Origin: Octopus sinensis
Lineage: Eukaryota
Length of the DNA stretch: 64,000 nt
Direction: 5' to 3'
Assembly (NCBI RefSeq): GCF_006345805.1
Contig: NC_043006.1
Coordinates: 61,752,001-61,816,000, forward strand
The notes under the pieces are model-generated. The model did no database searches and was not told the DNA's origin. It saw only the letters and a list, made by a program, of their open reading frames with translations. This document shows, piece by piece, positions 10,880 to 23,336 of this stretch (position 1 is its first letter; each line of letters starts with the position of its first letter). The translations under genes were made by a program, and so were the position numbers.

Positions 10880-12830
10880 ATAGGAGTAGTATAGTATCCC
10901 TTTCCGTGGTTCTGAATGATCTCAGATTCAAATCAGCCACTTGTCTGCAATGTCGCTATCCTGGCAATATGTACATGGAATGATACATCATTACTCATGT
11001 TGCTTCTCAGGTTACGCCTTGATTCTAACTCTGAGATTTTGCTACCTCATGGTTTCGTGTATTCCGACTGTAATTTGTTTCTGGGTCGAGAATGGGAAGC
11101 TGGGAATGCAGGATGCAAGTTTCTTCAGCATGGAAGTGTTGTACGGGACGCAAGAAGAACTATGTTGAAAACTAAAACTCATTTCCTCATATTCCTTTAG
11201 TCAGTCTGTGAACTTCTCATCATGATATTTTTCACCAACCCGCGTGTATATTTCATTCAAGTTTTTATGCATTTTTACGATGTCCCGATGGTTGTTGACT
11301 GTCAGTGATGCTTTTGTATCATCACTATTGGCTGCATGACTGAGAGTGTGTTAGAGTGTGTTGGAGAGAGCCACTATAATTAGCAGTGGTCTTTGGGCAG
11401 TTCCCTGGAGGACTCCGTTAAAAACTGAATTTTTCCTCAGAAAGAGTAGCCTTGGTTGCAACTATCTGACTTCTGCATTTTAAAACGCCATGCAGCTACT
11501 CTCCTAGTCTTCCAGCTATACCAACGTCATGCATATCATCTCTGTGACATATCATCTTTGTGACATATCATCTCTGGTCAGTTCTGTCGAAGAGCTTTGC
11601 CAAAGTAAAGAATTGTCATATCCAGATTTGAGTGGTTCAGCTATTGTTTCAGTACCCAGTCATAATGCTGTAGTACCTGTGAGAGGCAGCTCCTCCCTGC
11701 ATGGAAGGAATGTTGCAAGTCTGTGAACAAGTTATTTCCTCCTTCCTACATGATCAGCCTCCTTCTGACTATGCATTCCGCGAACTTGCTAACGTGTGAC
11801 GTTAGAGAAAGAGGCCTGTCCCTCCCTTTTGGACAGCGAATGATTTCTTGCATGTCTTTGAAAGAATAACCAGACAGTCATCTGAGCCCGATGCTGAGCT
11901 CGAGTTCATATCACCAATGGCTGCTGTTACATCATCATCCTTTATGTCGATATAATCGATAAGTAATTCTTTCTTATGTAGATCTGTGGTGTTGAATAGA
12001 CGCCTATTTTCATATTTCACATTTGAAACATGAAAACATTTTAAAACTGTTATTTTACTATTTAACGTATCATGAGTTAGTGAGGCGTTTCCTTCAAGCA
12101 ATGGCCCTATCTTAGAGTGCAGCGAGGGGGATTATTTCGCAAACATGAAGAAAACTTTAGGATTCATTTCTAAAATTTCTCTCTTTCCTGATTTTTCTTT
12201 CTGTCATTTCTTCGGCAGGGTAGAATCTGGGTGTATTATCGATTTCTAGGATTGCTATTTATTCTACGTCTCATAAGGGCAATCCTGCTTCAAGACACGA
12301 TGCTTGCGTATGTTTTGACTCTTTATATATTTAACGCACATGACTCACGTTATTGACATGAATTATTTAAGTTCCTTAGAAAGTGGATCTTTTCAGCCAA
12401 TATGCCTTCAGTATATGTTTTTGAATTGAACTTCCAGTCAGCCGTGTAAAAGCTGAGATTGGCTTGGGTTTGGATGCTATCGGTGCGAAATACATTATTA
12501 GTTCGTTTTAGATCACACATCGTCAATACTATCATGATATAGTTTGAGAAAATTGTCAGTGGTAGCTTCACGTGGTGGATAAGTTCTACATCTTTGGTAA
12601 ACCAGATGTCTAAGATGTTATTATTCACCACTGGAGAGGTCCTGCTTGAATGAGATATTGGCGTGATATTTCTGAAATTAAGTCACCTTCTTTCTTGCAA
12701 ATTGCAAGGTTGATCTCCACCCATAATTCTCCTGATACTTTTTGAAGTTTGATGCTGTGTTCATAGACTTCAGCTGAGGCACTGAAACCGCGATCATCCA
12801 AATCGTATACACGGAAGATTCTCAAATGAT
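10880..12830 (-). pseudogene. Heavily decayed CR1/L2-group LINE ORF2 (reverse transcriptase)
   Basis: Ordered minus-strand motifs: DDDVTAAIGDMNSSSASGSDD (ORF 11802..12101), RPLSLTSHVSK, QHSFHAGRSCLSQVLQHYDW, GVLQGT...PLL, NSDDTK (YADD equivalent), NMSNDVSFHVHI. Many stops and frameshifts. Confidence 0.75.
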
Positions 12831-12844
12831 TGTTGCTTTATTTT

Positions 12845-13400
12845 AAGGATTATACTTGAAATCAACCAATTCTTCTTCTACAACCATATTTATTTACAAG
12901 TAAAAGGGAGAACTAAGTATTCATTAGTATCATCTGCATACGTAGCATTTGCTATGGGCTTCTTTGATGATGACATTTAGCCTGATATGGAAATATTAAA
13001 CCAAGATTATCTGGGTTTTTTTCCATCTATAACAGGAAGAAACGTACAAGATATTTAGATGACAGCTTAAATTTTAGGAATAGAAGTAAAAAAAGAGCTA
13101 GATAATCACTATTAATTTCAAAAAGGCTTCGTGAATCAATATAATCCATATTGCCATGTTATAAAATAAAACTGTCGTTTGAAATTCCAGTTATCAAAAA
13201 AAAAAACCAATAATATTAGAATCAATCTCTTTATAAGCACTCAGATACATACAAATAATTAGCTTTGCTCTGTCTCCATCCTTATACAAACAGTTAGATT
13301 ATTTTCAATTGGACAAGTTTACTTTTTTTTCATTTTTAGGCACTACAATAAGCAAAACAATATAACAAGAACAAATGTTATGCGTTAGCCATGTGAATAC
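12845..13400 (+). pseudogene. Decayed Penelope-like RT core fragment
   Basis: ILEINQFFFYNHIYLQVKG from 12852, AYVAFAMGFFD, and RYLDD at 13049-13063 follow the order of PLE RT motifs (NxFxF..YxQ..G, MG, YxDD). Confidence 0.55.
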
Positions 13401-13465
13401 GGCACTCATGAAGGCCAAAACCATTCTAATTAGAAATTTAGCAAAAACAAATGCAGGTAGACAAA

Positions 13466-13760
13466 TACGAGAATCGGCTGAAAGGTTCATAGGCTGACAA
13501 AGATATGCTCATGCAAAATGACTGAATGAGCTTTATTTTTCAACATATTCCCTCTTGCATCCTCTTAGTCAAGCAAGTCACCAACAAGAGAAAAAACGTC
13601 ACCATCACTGCGATACGATTCAAATGCTCTTTCGTGTTGAAGAACAGTTGATACTAAGACGGTGATCAACCAGTTCAAGTCACTGTCACGCACAGAAGCC
13701 ACTGAAATCAACCACTTGCGCGCTGGATGAAACAACACCCATTTAGTCAGTTTTTCTATC
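13466..13760 (-). mobile_element. Mariner 3' end remnant with one TIR
   Basis: TA-CGAGAATCGGCTGAAAGGTTCATAGGCTGAC resembles a mariner TIR; minus strand encodes REYVEK-stop, like the mariner C-terminal GxYVEK. Confidence 0.55.
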
Positions 13761-14083
13761 CTTTATCGTTTGTTTCTAGCATGTCCAAGGTGATATTTTC
13801 ACCCTACCTCTTTTTTTTTCTAAATTTCTCTCCGATCCGTTTTCCATAAAGGAGATTAAGATTTCGGTGAAAAAACACGTTCTGAAATTTTTTTTTCCGT
13901 CCCCACCCTAATTTCTTCATTATTTACTTTATTCCAAAGAATTTTCCTGGTAATGCACGGAGAAGAAAAGCAGAGAGAACAAATCTTTCAGAATTTATTC
14001 TTCATTTTTTCATAAATAAACACTAAAATACATCCACCTCACCACTTTTAGAAAGATACAATCGACTAATGTTTCACTTTTAG

Positions 14084-14098
14084 CTTTTTGGAAAGCGG
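14084..14098 (+). other. Candidate 15-nt microexon (CTTTTTGGAAAGCGG)
   Basis: Branch-like CTAAT at 14066-14070, pyrimidine tract, TAG acceptor at 14081-14083 and GG/GTAAGT donor at 14099. Splice signals only, no homology. Confidence 0.2.
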
Positions 14099-14802
14099 GT
14101 AAGTTTCATCAGAAATAATGTCGTGTACCTGTTGTTTTTAACATGTCAGTTTTTTTGGTGGTGGCTGTCTGGTCTTCTTTTAAACAATTCTACGCATGCG
14201 TGGTATTTTCTGCAGAATTCTCCGCATGCGTGAAACATCAAACGATAGTGAAACATTTGAAGCCTATTTTGAAAGCGGGAAATTGATAGGAGGGCAAGTT
14301 AGGGGAAAGGGTATTGAGTGTTTCTTTAAAAAGAATTAAGCTTTTAAAAAATATATATTTCCCAGATTCGTAATCTCTGAATTTTTCTGAAGTTTGAAAA
14401 ATGTTACAAATTAAGAAATTTCGGTGGGGAAAGGGATAATTAAAATTTTGAAAGCGTGAATTATGAGCACAATCGTATTAATTTCCATATTTGTGAAGCA
14501 CGAATAATTTAACCTTGGACACGTAATAGCGTCTACATTTGATTCTTTTTTTATTAAAAATAAAACTATTTCTTTGAAATGTTTTCTCAATGTCAACTTT
14601 TGGTATTGACGTAAAAACGACCAGGTCACTCACTCTCTATTTTAATGTTCGCTATTTGTAAACAACTACGATAAATTACTGAGACAAATATTTACGAAGT
14701 TCACAAATTTAAATATGCGGAAGAAGATAGTTTTCAACTATTTTTTCATTCTATGTTTATCTCATCCATTGTTTGCAATGCTCTCTCTCTTTCTCTTTGT
14801 CT

Positions 14803-14845
<43 letters not shown>

Positions 14846-15289
14846 ACACATACTCCCATACACACAAAAACTCCAGGTTTGATTTCGTTCTGAACTCGCA
14901 TGGTTCGTTAATTTCTGTAAAACAACATTATTTTCATTTTGCACGCCTTATTCAGCTCTATGTATTTGTAATCAATCACACACGCGCACATGTGTTTTGT
15001 ATGTACGTTTGTATACATTTATGTGTATGTGTGTGACAGAGAGAGAGAGAGACTGTGATCTATAAGTGACTTTCTCTCTTTCTCTCTCACATACACACGT
15101 ACACATATGTAGCAGAAAGATGTATGCCTATTTATGTATGTACGTATACATGACAACTTCTCACTCTTTCTCTCTCTCACACACACACATCCATTTCATC
15201 TGATGTTTGATACCGTTTGTATATGTATATGTGTGTCTGTATCTGTGTCTATGTATGCATGCGTGTATACATGCGGTGTTCCACAATCG

Positions 15290-16260
15290 TCAGAAAAAAG
15301 CGGAGGAATTTTCTTTCTTGATGCTACTGTTGGCACAGGTAAGACATTTGCAGCATTGCTTCTCTCCAATGTAAGGTAACAAAAGAATTGCAGATGCTGT
15401 ACCATTGTCTAGATTTTCTGCCACCATTCTCACGTGAGGTCGAACAGCTCATTCTGCTTTTAAATTACCACTAAACCTGACCACAAAAGACAGTCAAATT
15501 TGTATTATAAGCAAACTTTCAGGTTCAGCAGAAGTGCTGTGCTAATGCCATCTTGTTTGAGATGAATGCACTATGTCACATACAGGTTCAATGGAAGCTC
15601 CTGCTAAGGCCTTACAGGACATCAAAGGCAACAATAAATGTATGGGAGTTACTTTAGTTTTATCAGGAGACTTCCGACATACATTATCAGTCCTTCCGAG
15701 ACGAACACGATATCATGAAATAAAAACATGCATTAAGTCTTCACACCTATGGAATAAAGTACTCGTTCAATACTAACGTGTGTGCTTTATTGCATGGAGA
15801 CCAAGGTGCAAAACAGTTCTTATCCTGGATCCTAATATTAGAAAATGGGAAAGTACCATTTGATAGGAATGGTGATATCAGCTTTCTTCATATTGCTATC
15901 ATGGTGAATTCTCTAGCTGAATTGAAACAGTATATCTAGACTTAAGTAATAATTACACTGTTCTGCATGAGTTCTTTTTTGGCTGTATGGTATCTTTTTC
16001 TGAATATACATGAAAAGTAATTAGTCACTGTGTTTTAATTCATCTTTATCCAAGAATTCAATCGAACGAGCAGACGTGCCATTTGAGTTCAAACGAGCAC
16101 AATTCCCAGTGCGACTTTGCTTTTTAATGCCTATTAATAAAGCTCAAGGTCAGTTTTTGAGATCTACTGGTTTGTCTTTTTCAAGGTCACCTTTATGTTG
16201 TATGCACCAGGGTAGCTAGTGTATATATTTATGCTCCAAACCAGAAAATATAGAATGGTG
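15290..16260 (+). pseudogene. Helitron PIF1-like helicase remnant
   Basis: GGIFFLDATVGTGKTF (Walker A), GRTAHSAFKLPLNL, DECTMSH, LVLSGDFR, KSSHLW, then PFEFKRAQFPVRLCF...INKAQGQ and HLYVVCTRV (motifs V/VI). Confidence 0.9.
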
Positions 16261-16336
16261 TTTGGCTATTTCGTAATTTCCTTCAACATATGTGGAAGAA
16301 TTTATCTACTTTCATAGTGGTAAATTTTGATTTTCG

Positions 16337-16400
<64 letters not shown>
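16337..16400. repeat. (TTA)n tract at the 3' end of R4/Dong copy A
   Basis: Direct inspection. Confidence 0.95.
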
Positions 16401-16401
<1 letters not shown>

Positions 16402-19260
16402 TTTTTTTTTCTTCTTTCAAATTTTCTTCCATTTCTTGCCGAGTGTCTTCCCGACTCCTAGGGCAAAGAAACTCATAGTGTATATTGGTAGGCCATTAAA
16501 CCAAACTCAGTAGTTCGTTCATTTTTTTTTTTTTTTTAAGTTAAATTAAAATACATGAGCAGCAACAGTTCTCACATCGACAATGCTCTTCTCAATACGT
16601 GTGATGTACCAGTTAAGACAATCTTTTGCACTTCTTGCAGGGATGGTAAGCCAGGGATCATTCTCATATAATTTTCGGTTCCCTTCTTGATCATTCCTAG
16701 TGCTCCTACGATCACTGGTATTGTAACCGCCTTGAGATGCCACATTTTCTCAATTTCAATGAGTAGGTCTTTATATTTTCTGAGCTTGTCAAACTCTTCG
16801 CTGAGATATTATGATCACAGGGGATGCTCATGTCGATCAATAAGCAAACTTTATTGTTTTGGTCTTTCACAACAATATCTGGTTTATTGGCCTTGATGGT
16901 TCGGTCTGTATGTACTGGAAAGTCCCACAGAATGGTTACATTTTCTCCTTCAGTTACAGCCTCAGGGTGGTGATTATACCACTTGTCGGCAGTTTTGATA
17001 TTGTAATGCCGACTTATTAGCCAGTGGAGATATTGGCCAACTCTGCCATGTCTTAATTTATACTCCACTGGTGCTAAAACTTTACATCCAGAGATTAGGT
17101 GGTCCACTGTTTCAATCATGTCGTTGCAGAATCGGCATTTTGGGTCTGCTCCATTTTTCATCACATTGGCCTGGTAGTTCCGGGTTAATAGGCTTTGGTC
17201 TTGAGCAGCCAGGATGAAACCTTCGCTCTCTGCTTTTAGCCCTGAGCTCCGCAGCCACTGATGGGTTTGCTTCTGGTCAATATCAGCTTGTTTGCTGCGG
17301 GTCACATATTTGCCGTGCAGAGGTTTCTCCTCCCACCTATCAGCCAATTGCTCGTGCGCTTTTTTCCTTGCCATTATTTTCACCTTCTTTGCAACAATAG
17401 TTGCCGTACTTCCCTCGGGTTGTTCAGTTTGGGTATCCTGCACGAGATCAATAGCAAATTTTTGCTTTCCTTGATGATAGAATGAAGCTTCTTTCGTCTC
17501 TCGTGATTTTCCACGAGCTTTAGCATCCAGTCATTCGATATTTCGAGATATTTGGCCAGTCCAATTGTGGTTGTTTTGTAAGCTAGTTCAAATTGGATCA
17601 GGCCTCGACCTCCTTGGGCTCTGGGAAGGTAAAGGCGATCTACGTCTGCCTTTGGGTGGTGCATCCTATTACAACTCAGCAGCTTGCGTATTTTCCTATC
17701 TATATTCTTTACTTCACTCATATTCCAGTTCAACACATTGTAGCTATAAGTAACAACTGGAACTGCTAAGGAATTTATAGCTAACACCTTGTTACGTGCA
17801 TTTAGTTCAGATTTCAGGACTGCACGAACTCTCCTATAACATTCCTTCCTGATTTTCTCTTTCATGCTTGCATGCTGAATACCAGAGCCTTCATTTATCC
17901 CTAAATATTTGTATGTCTGTTCTTGCTCAAGCTCTCTTATGACTGTGTCAACATCTAACACGACTGAATTGTGGTCTTCACTTTCCCTTTCTGGAAAGTG
18001 GCCTTGGCACACTTCTCAAGTCCAAACTCCATCCCGATGTCATCGCTGAATGCTTTCACGGTGCGCAATAGGCCTTCAAGTTCATTATTGTCTTTACCAT
18101 AAAGTTTTAAGTCATCCATATAAAATAGATGGCTTTTTTTTTATTGGCAATTTTATACCCATACCCTGTTCTGTTTAATTCACTTGTAAGGGGTATTACG
18201 GATATGCAGAATATTAAAGGTGAAAGTGAGTCACCTTGAAAAATTCCACAGTTGATGTTTATATTTTCTGAGGCAAGTACTCCATTAGAGTGGTATAATT
18301 GGAGATTCGTATTCCACAACGACATATTGTGCTTCAGGAAGGTTGAAATCACAGGGGAAATTTTAAAGATGTCCAGCGATCTCAAGATCCATGGATGCGG
18401 TATACTGTCGAAGGCCTTTTTATAGTCAATCCATGCGGTGCTGAGATTTCTGCGCTTGTTGTGACAGTTCTCAAGGATCATACGATTGATTAGCAGTTGA
18501 TCTTTGCATCCGTAAGAGCCTCGGCGGCACCCTTTTTGTTCAATGGGGGAAATATCGTTCTTCTCCATGAATGCATATGTTTTCTCCGCCAGGATAGATG
18601 TTAGGATTTTATACGTGGTGGATAGACAGGTTATAGGCCGATAGTTTTTTGGAAGGTTGGTTTCGTTATTCTTGGGAGTAGGTAAGTAATGCCACTTGCT
18701 AACCATTCTGGTGTTTTCTTTGGGTCTCTCAAAATTCCATTGAGCAGCTGAACTAGCTTACCGTGTGCGCACGGGAGCGATGCGAGCCAGAAATTCGGCA
18801 CCCTATCTTTACCGGGGGATTTCCAATTATGGGCCTTCGTGAGTGCCTTCTTAGGTCTGCTATTGTGATGTCTTCCCATGCTTGTTGTTGTAAATTTTGG
18901 TAGGATCCTTCAGTTTGTATAATCCAGTCTGCATTTATGTTGTACGTCTTCTTGTCACTCCAAATCCTTTCCCAAAAGTTTTGAACTTCTTCCATGGGAG
19001 GGGGGTCTTTAACGGTTACTTTCTCCTTCCCTATTTCTCTGTAGATTTTTTGGCATTGGATGTGAACAGCTTATTTTGCTTGTAAAACTTGTTTCTCTTC
19101 TCAAATCTTCGTATTCTTTGGGCTTTTGCTTGGACTTTTTGTTTCAGCTTTTCTTTTATTGATATCAGTTCTTCTCTTGGTGAGGATCCAAATTTTCTCT
19201 TCATCTTTCTTCCTGTTCTGGATCTTACATCATTTCCACATATTAGTTCATTTAATATTG
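16401..19260 (-). mobile_element. R4/Dong-clade non-LTR retrotransposon, family 1 copy A (5'-truncated, frameshifted)
   Basis: ORF pieces give RT (NYRPITCL, EQKGCRRG, WIDYKKAFDS, GIFQGDSLSP, YMDD, YKYLG, RLYLPRAQGGRGL), CCHC knuckle (CRFC...HLISGC) and restriction-like endonuclease (KPDIVV...LIDM...KY). The 3' UTR ends in (TAA)n and the 5' junction abuts (AAT)n. Confidence 0.95.
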
Positions 19261-19266
19261 ATATTA

Positions 19267-19302
<36 letters not shown>
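19261..19302. repeat. (ATT)n tract at the 5' junction of R4/Dong copy A
   Basis: Direct inspection. Confidence 0.95.
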
Positions 19303-19304
<2 letters not shown>

Positions 19305-19515
19305 TTATGTAGTATATATTCATTTCCCAATTTAAGAATAAATTATATCCCAATAGAATAATAAAGTGAATTTAGAATAACAAATTTCTATACAATATAT
19401 TTTGCTTTCTTCTTCCTATATTTAGCGAAAAATGTCATTCCCACCAACGCTTTGTGCCTCTGCTAGCATATATATGTATAAATGTGTGTGTGTCTGTGTG
19501 TATACATACGTGCCT

Positions 19516-19554
<39 letters not shown>

Positions 19555-20329
19555 TATGTAAGAGTCTATATTTAATTACGCATTCTACTTGCAAGTAATT
19601 ATATTTGATTTCTAATCTAATTTCAGTATTACGCATCATTCAATCACTTAAATCGATTAAGTGTGTCTTTAGACCGATGAACACATCCTGACGCACTCTC
19701 GTGTCTTGTAATTTGTTTTAAGGATTTGGTAAATTTCTTCGGCACACAATTTTTACCGTTTGCTTTCTCTTCAGTATCGTTTGGCTCTACTAATTATTTC
19801 CCAGGTAATTTCATATTCGTTATTATTATCTTTTATGTACTAAATTAATTTGCTTCAGCTATTATTATTCCTGTTTTTTGTTATCTCTGAATGAGATTTC
19901 GTGATTGGCATTTCTGTTTCTTATTTGTTTCTCAAGCGCCGATATAATAATGTTCCTGACATTTTGAGATTATCTTACACTTGTATACTGTTTCCTTAAG
20001 TTTGAAATTAGATTCAAGAGGACATAATCTATTCGTTGCGCAATCACATTAAAAAAAAATTCTAACACTACTTTACATATTTTTTCCTTCCCGATTATTT
20101 ATAAGGTTACATTTGTCCCATTTATCTTAATTTACATTTCCTTCTTTAATTTTCATTAATTTCCGTATCACATTCCAATATATTATTTGGGTTATTTGGA
20201 TTATAATTCACAACATCTATATTAATATCATTAATAATAAATTCGGTGTTTCCATACCTTAGGTTATCTCTGTGTTCTAAATATTTGCTTTTGCATAGCT
20301 GCTCTTTTTAGCATGTAAGTTTATTTGTC

Positions 20330-21900
20330 CTGATGCTAGCATGACTTATAAATGCAACATATTTGTTTCAACAAGCACTAGCTTTGAATGCCGCTCTCTA
20401 GGTAGCATTCGAAATATCTGGTAAAAGCCATCTCCAAACTCATGATAAATACGTTTTTGTGTTGAAATAGTTGACTCCTTTCAGTCAGGTGAGATTATGA
20501 AACAAATGCCACGAGATATCACGAAAAGAAACTTTTTCAATAAAGATTGAATTTGCAATATCAGCAACGGGAATCATGTGAGCACAATACAGACTAGCTT
20601 CAATAATTTTGCGCAAATATTTGACGATATTGTTATTTGATTTCTACATTTGTTCAGAAAAAAGCAATATAATGTGCTGTGTAAATATGATTTACATTTT
20701 CCACCTGGTTAATAACTGAATAATCATTAACCGCCCCAATATAATTTTATTTTTAATTTCCCACTTTCAAATGCGATATTTTGCTTATCGTTTAGCAGGT
20801 GAATATATTCAATGTATAAAATTACAAAACGCTATTCAATTTCCTTTTCATATTTATTTGTAAAAATGAAAATGTATGCTGTCCAGTGCGCGTAACAAAA
20901 TATTTGTTGCATAATCCAAAGCTCATTTACCTCATAGATTTTCATTTGATTCAAGCAATCTTTTCAAAAATACAATATAAAGTTGTACACAGCTGATGGT
21001 CTTACTGGAGAAACAAACTGTAGTATATTGGCAAATATTTTTTAACTGTCCTCCTGACTAAATAGTTCTATCGATTGAAGAATTGTTCCCATCCTGATCA
21101 TGCCAGGTTAATCCACCGGCATGTTATTAGGTAAACAAAACATTAAAACAATTAACGCCTAATTTATGCACCAGCTAATGTTTAAAGCAAAGCTTGTAGG
21201 ATGCTCTTTCCCAATTATAGTAGGGCTTCTTGGATCCCTTAATGTTGTCACAATACTCACTTGCCATGATTTACATGCATTGTGCAAAGTGCAAGTTTCC
21301 GGAAAATACCATAAAAAATTTTCCTGCATAGAAATCTGCTTTACATTATTTTTTCTAAACCTGCGATGTTTGGTTTGATGATTGATTTCTTTTCACTGCC
21401 TCCTTGGGTCATACACCATAATTTATTGACTTGGTAAATGAATTGGCAAATATTCAACGAGGGGAATGTTTAAGGTGATGTACAAAATACATGAATCTCC
21501 AGTAAGCAACATCATCAATTTTCATAATTTTAATTTTACTACATTTTTTCCTTACTAATGTTAACATGAACGCGAAAATCTCTCTCCAGTAAAATTACAA
21601 AATGAACAACGCCTTTGAAGATATATCTCAACAGATATTTTACTACTTTGATTGATGTACACACTTTCACATTAATGTTAAGGGATGCACTTGCAAACAC
21701 AACTTTGTAGTATGCATTATATTGAGCAATGCACCAAATATATACAACTCTATTTCCAATACAAATGAAAGTAGTTTGATACCCTTTGTGGCCAATATGC
21801 TATTCTTGTACAGGAATTATTTAGATTATCTCCGCATAAACCATTTATTGCTGTTTTCGTCATCAAGCAACTGAGTTGCGTTGGATTTGGACTATTTGAT
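20330..21900 (-). pseudogene. Old Helitron Rep-helicase remnant
   Basis: Ordered minus-strand motifs: NINVKVCTSIKVVKYLLRYIFKG (Rep HINVE..SVKY..KY..KG), AYWRF, LPIHLPSQ, IFANILQFVSPVRP, GDGFYQIFRMLPR (GDFRQILPV-like). Confidence 0.7.
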
Positions 21901-22071
21901 TTTTCCCTTCCAGAATAAACAATTTATCTAACATTTCCCATGTATTATTATGATCAAAAGCAAAAACTAACCAGCTTTTCTTTTGGAGGTGGGAAATTCA
22001 ATAGTAATTAACGAAGTAATAATCTGTCCCACGCAGCCAGGTTTTATGTATTTCAATATTTGTTTATTGAT

Positions 22072-22285
22072 GAAGTCGGTGAGCTGTCAGAAATATTACC
22101 GCCAAGGAAAAGATGCTTAGCAATATTTTTCCGATGTTACGTTCTGTGTTCCGGCGTAACTTTTTGACGCCGCGCTCGACTTTTCGGGGTCGAGAAAATT
22201 AGTACCCGTTGAATACTGGAATCGATGTAATCCACTAGTCCCCGCCGTCGAAATTACTGGCCTTCTGCCAAACTTTGAAATCAGC
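22072..22285 (+). mobile_element. Diverged tRNA-derived SINE (second SINE family)
   Basis: Motifs GGTGAGCTGTCAGAA, ACGTTCTG, TTTCGGGGTCGA, AGTACC and TCGATGTAATC are shared in order with copies at 32060, 51232 and 62447. Confidence 0.7.
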
Positions 22286-22625
22286 TGAGTTATTGATTCT
22301 CTAGCACAACGTGTATCAACCAAATCATTTTTGCGAATAAGTCTCAGATGGAATGCTGAGATGAAATGCAAATTGATCTACGCTATAAAATAACATATAA
22401 CGTAATGTAAATGTTATCTCTTTGCAAGCGAAAAAACAAATTCATGATAAAAACTGAAGTAATACAAAACAAATACCCTTTCAGTTGGATCACTAGGTGT
22501 TCGACTGATGCATCGAAATCAACATTTTTACAACGTTTACAAATATGCATAGCGGTATTTCAGATGGCATTTTACTTAGTGGGATGAAATCCATCATGAT
22601 TTCTGCCTACGTCTAAATACAATTA

Positions 22626-22626
<1 letters not shown>

Positions 22627-22672
<46 letters not shown>

Positions 22673-22779
22673 TTATTATTATTATTATTATTATTATATT
22701 ATTATTATTATTATATTATATTATTATTATTATTATAATTATTATTATTATTATTATTATTATTAATATTATTATTATT
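22627..22779. repeat. (ATT)n microsatellite
   Basis: Direct inspection. Confidence 0.97.
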
Positions 22780-23324
22780 GAGTGAGAGAGCAGAGCATGC
22801 CATCAAAGCAACACTGGGGTAAAATATACGAAGCCGAGTATACCCATCATGACTACCCGTCTGATAAGGATACACAATACACATGCTTCACAACCATATG
22901 TGTACGACATGGTGATTTCATATAAAGATAAACAGCGCATGACATCACAGGTGGGGCCCAGTTAATATTTTCTTCAGGTCGAGTAGCCCATCCCGCTCAA
23001 AAGGTCCCTGAATAAGTCTTGTTTAAGGATGTTGAGCAAAACACCCATGTTTCCAAAGGTGAATTACTCAAATCCCAAATAATTCCTCTCAACGCATGGC
23101 TATGATGCTCCGCCACTACTTCTGCTCATGATCAAATATCATCAGGCACTAAGGACATGCTCAATTGGTTATGGTCAAACAACCAGCACGCAAATCTGTG
23201 GTATTGAGCAGAATATTTGCTGTAGCCCATTTTTTATACCAAGACAAAACAATGTATATGATAACATTTCCAATCAATTAAGATCAGAAGGCATGAGAGC
23301 CACTGCCAAGTACTGCAACCGGGC
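22780..23324 (-). mobile_element. About 545-bp non-coding interspersed repeat bounded by trinucleotide microsatellites (element X, copy 1)
   Basis: Clearly homologous to 50157-50531 (TACCCGTCTGATAAG, GTCGAGTAGCCCATCCC, CAGAATATTTGCTGTAG, CCACTGCC); no recognisable coding motif. Strand is inferred from neighbouring elements. Confidence 0.75.
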
Positions 23325-23336
23325 ATCATCATCATT

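Noticed and set aside
21261-21323. Apparent 63-nt minus-strand exon (ENFLWYFPETCTLHNACKSWQ) with GTGAGT donor
   Set aside because: It lies in register within the decayed Helitron Rep-helicase, which explains the open frame.
21166-21378. Plus-strand ORF with a GPCR TM1-like stretch (PIIVGLLGSLNVV)
   Set aside because: It is antisense to the Helitron remnant, and no further TM segments follow.
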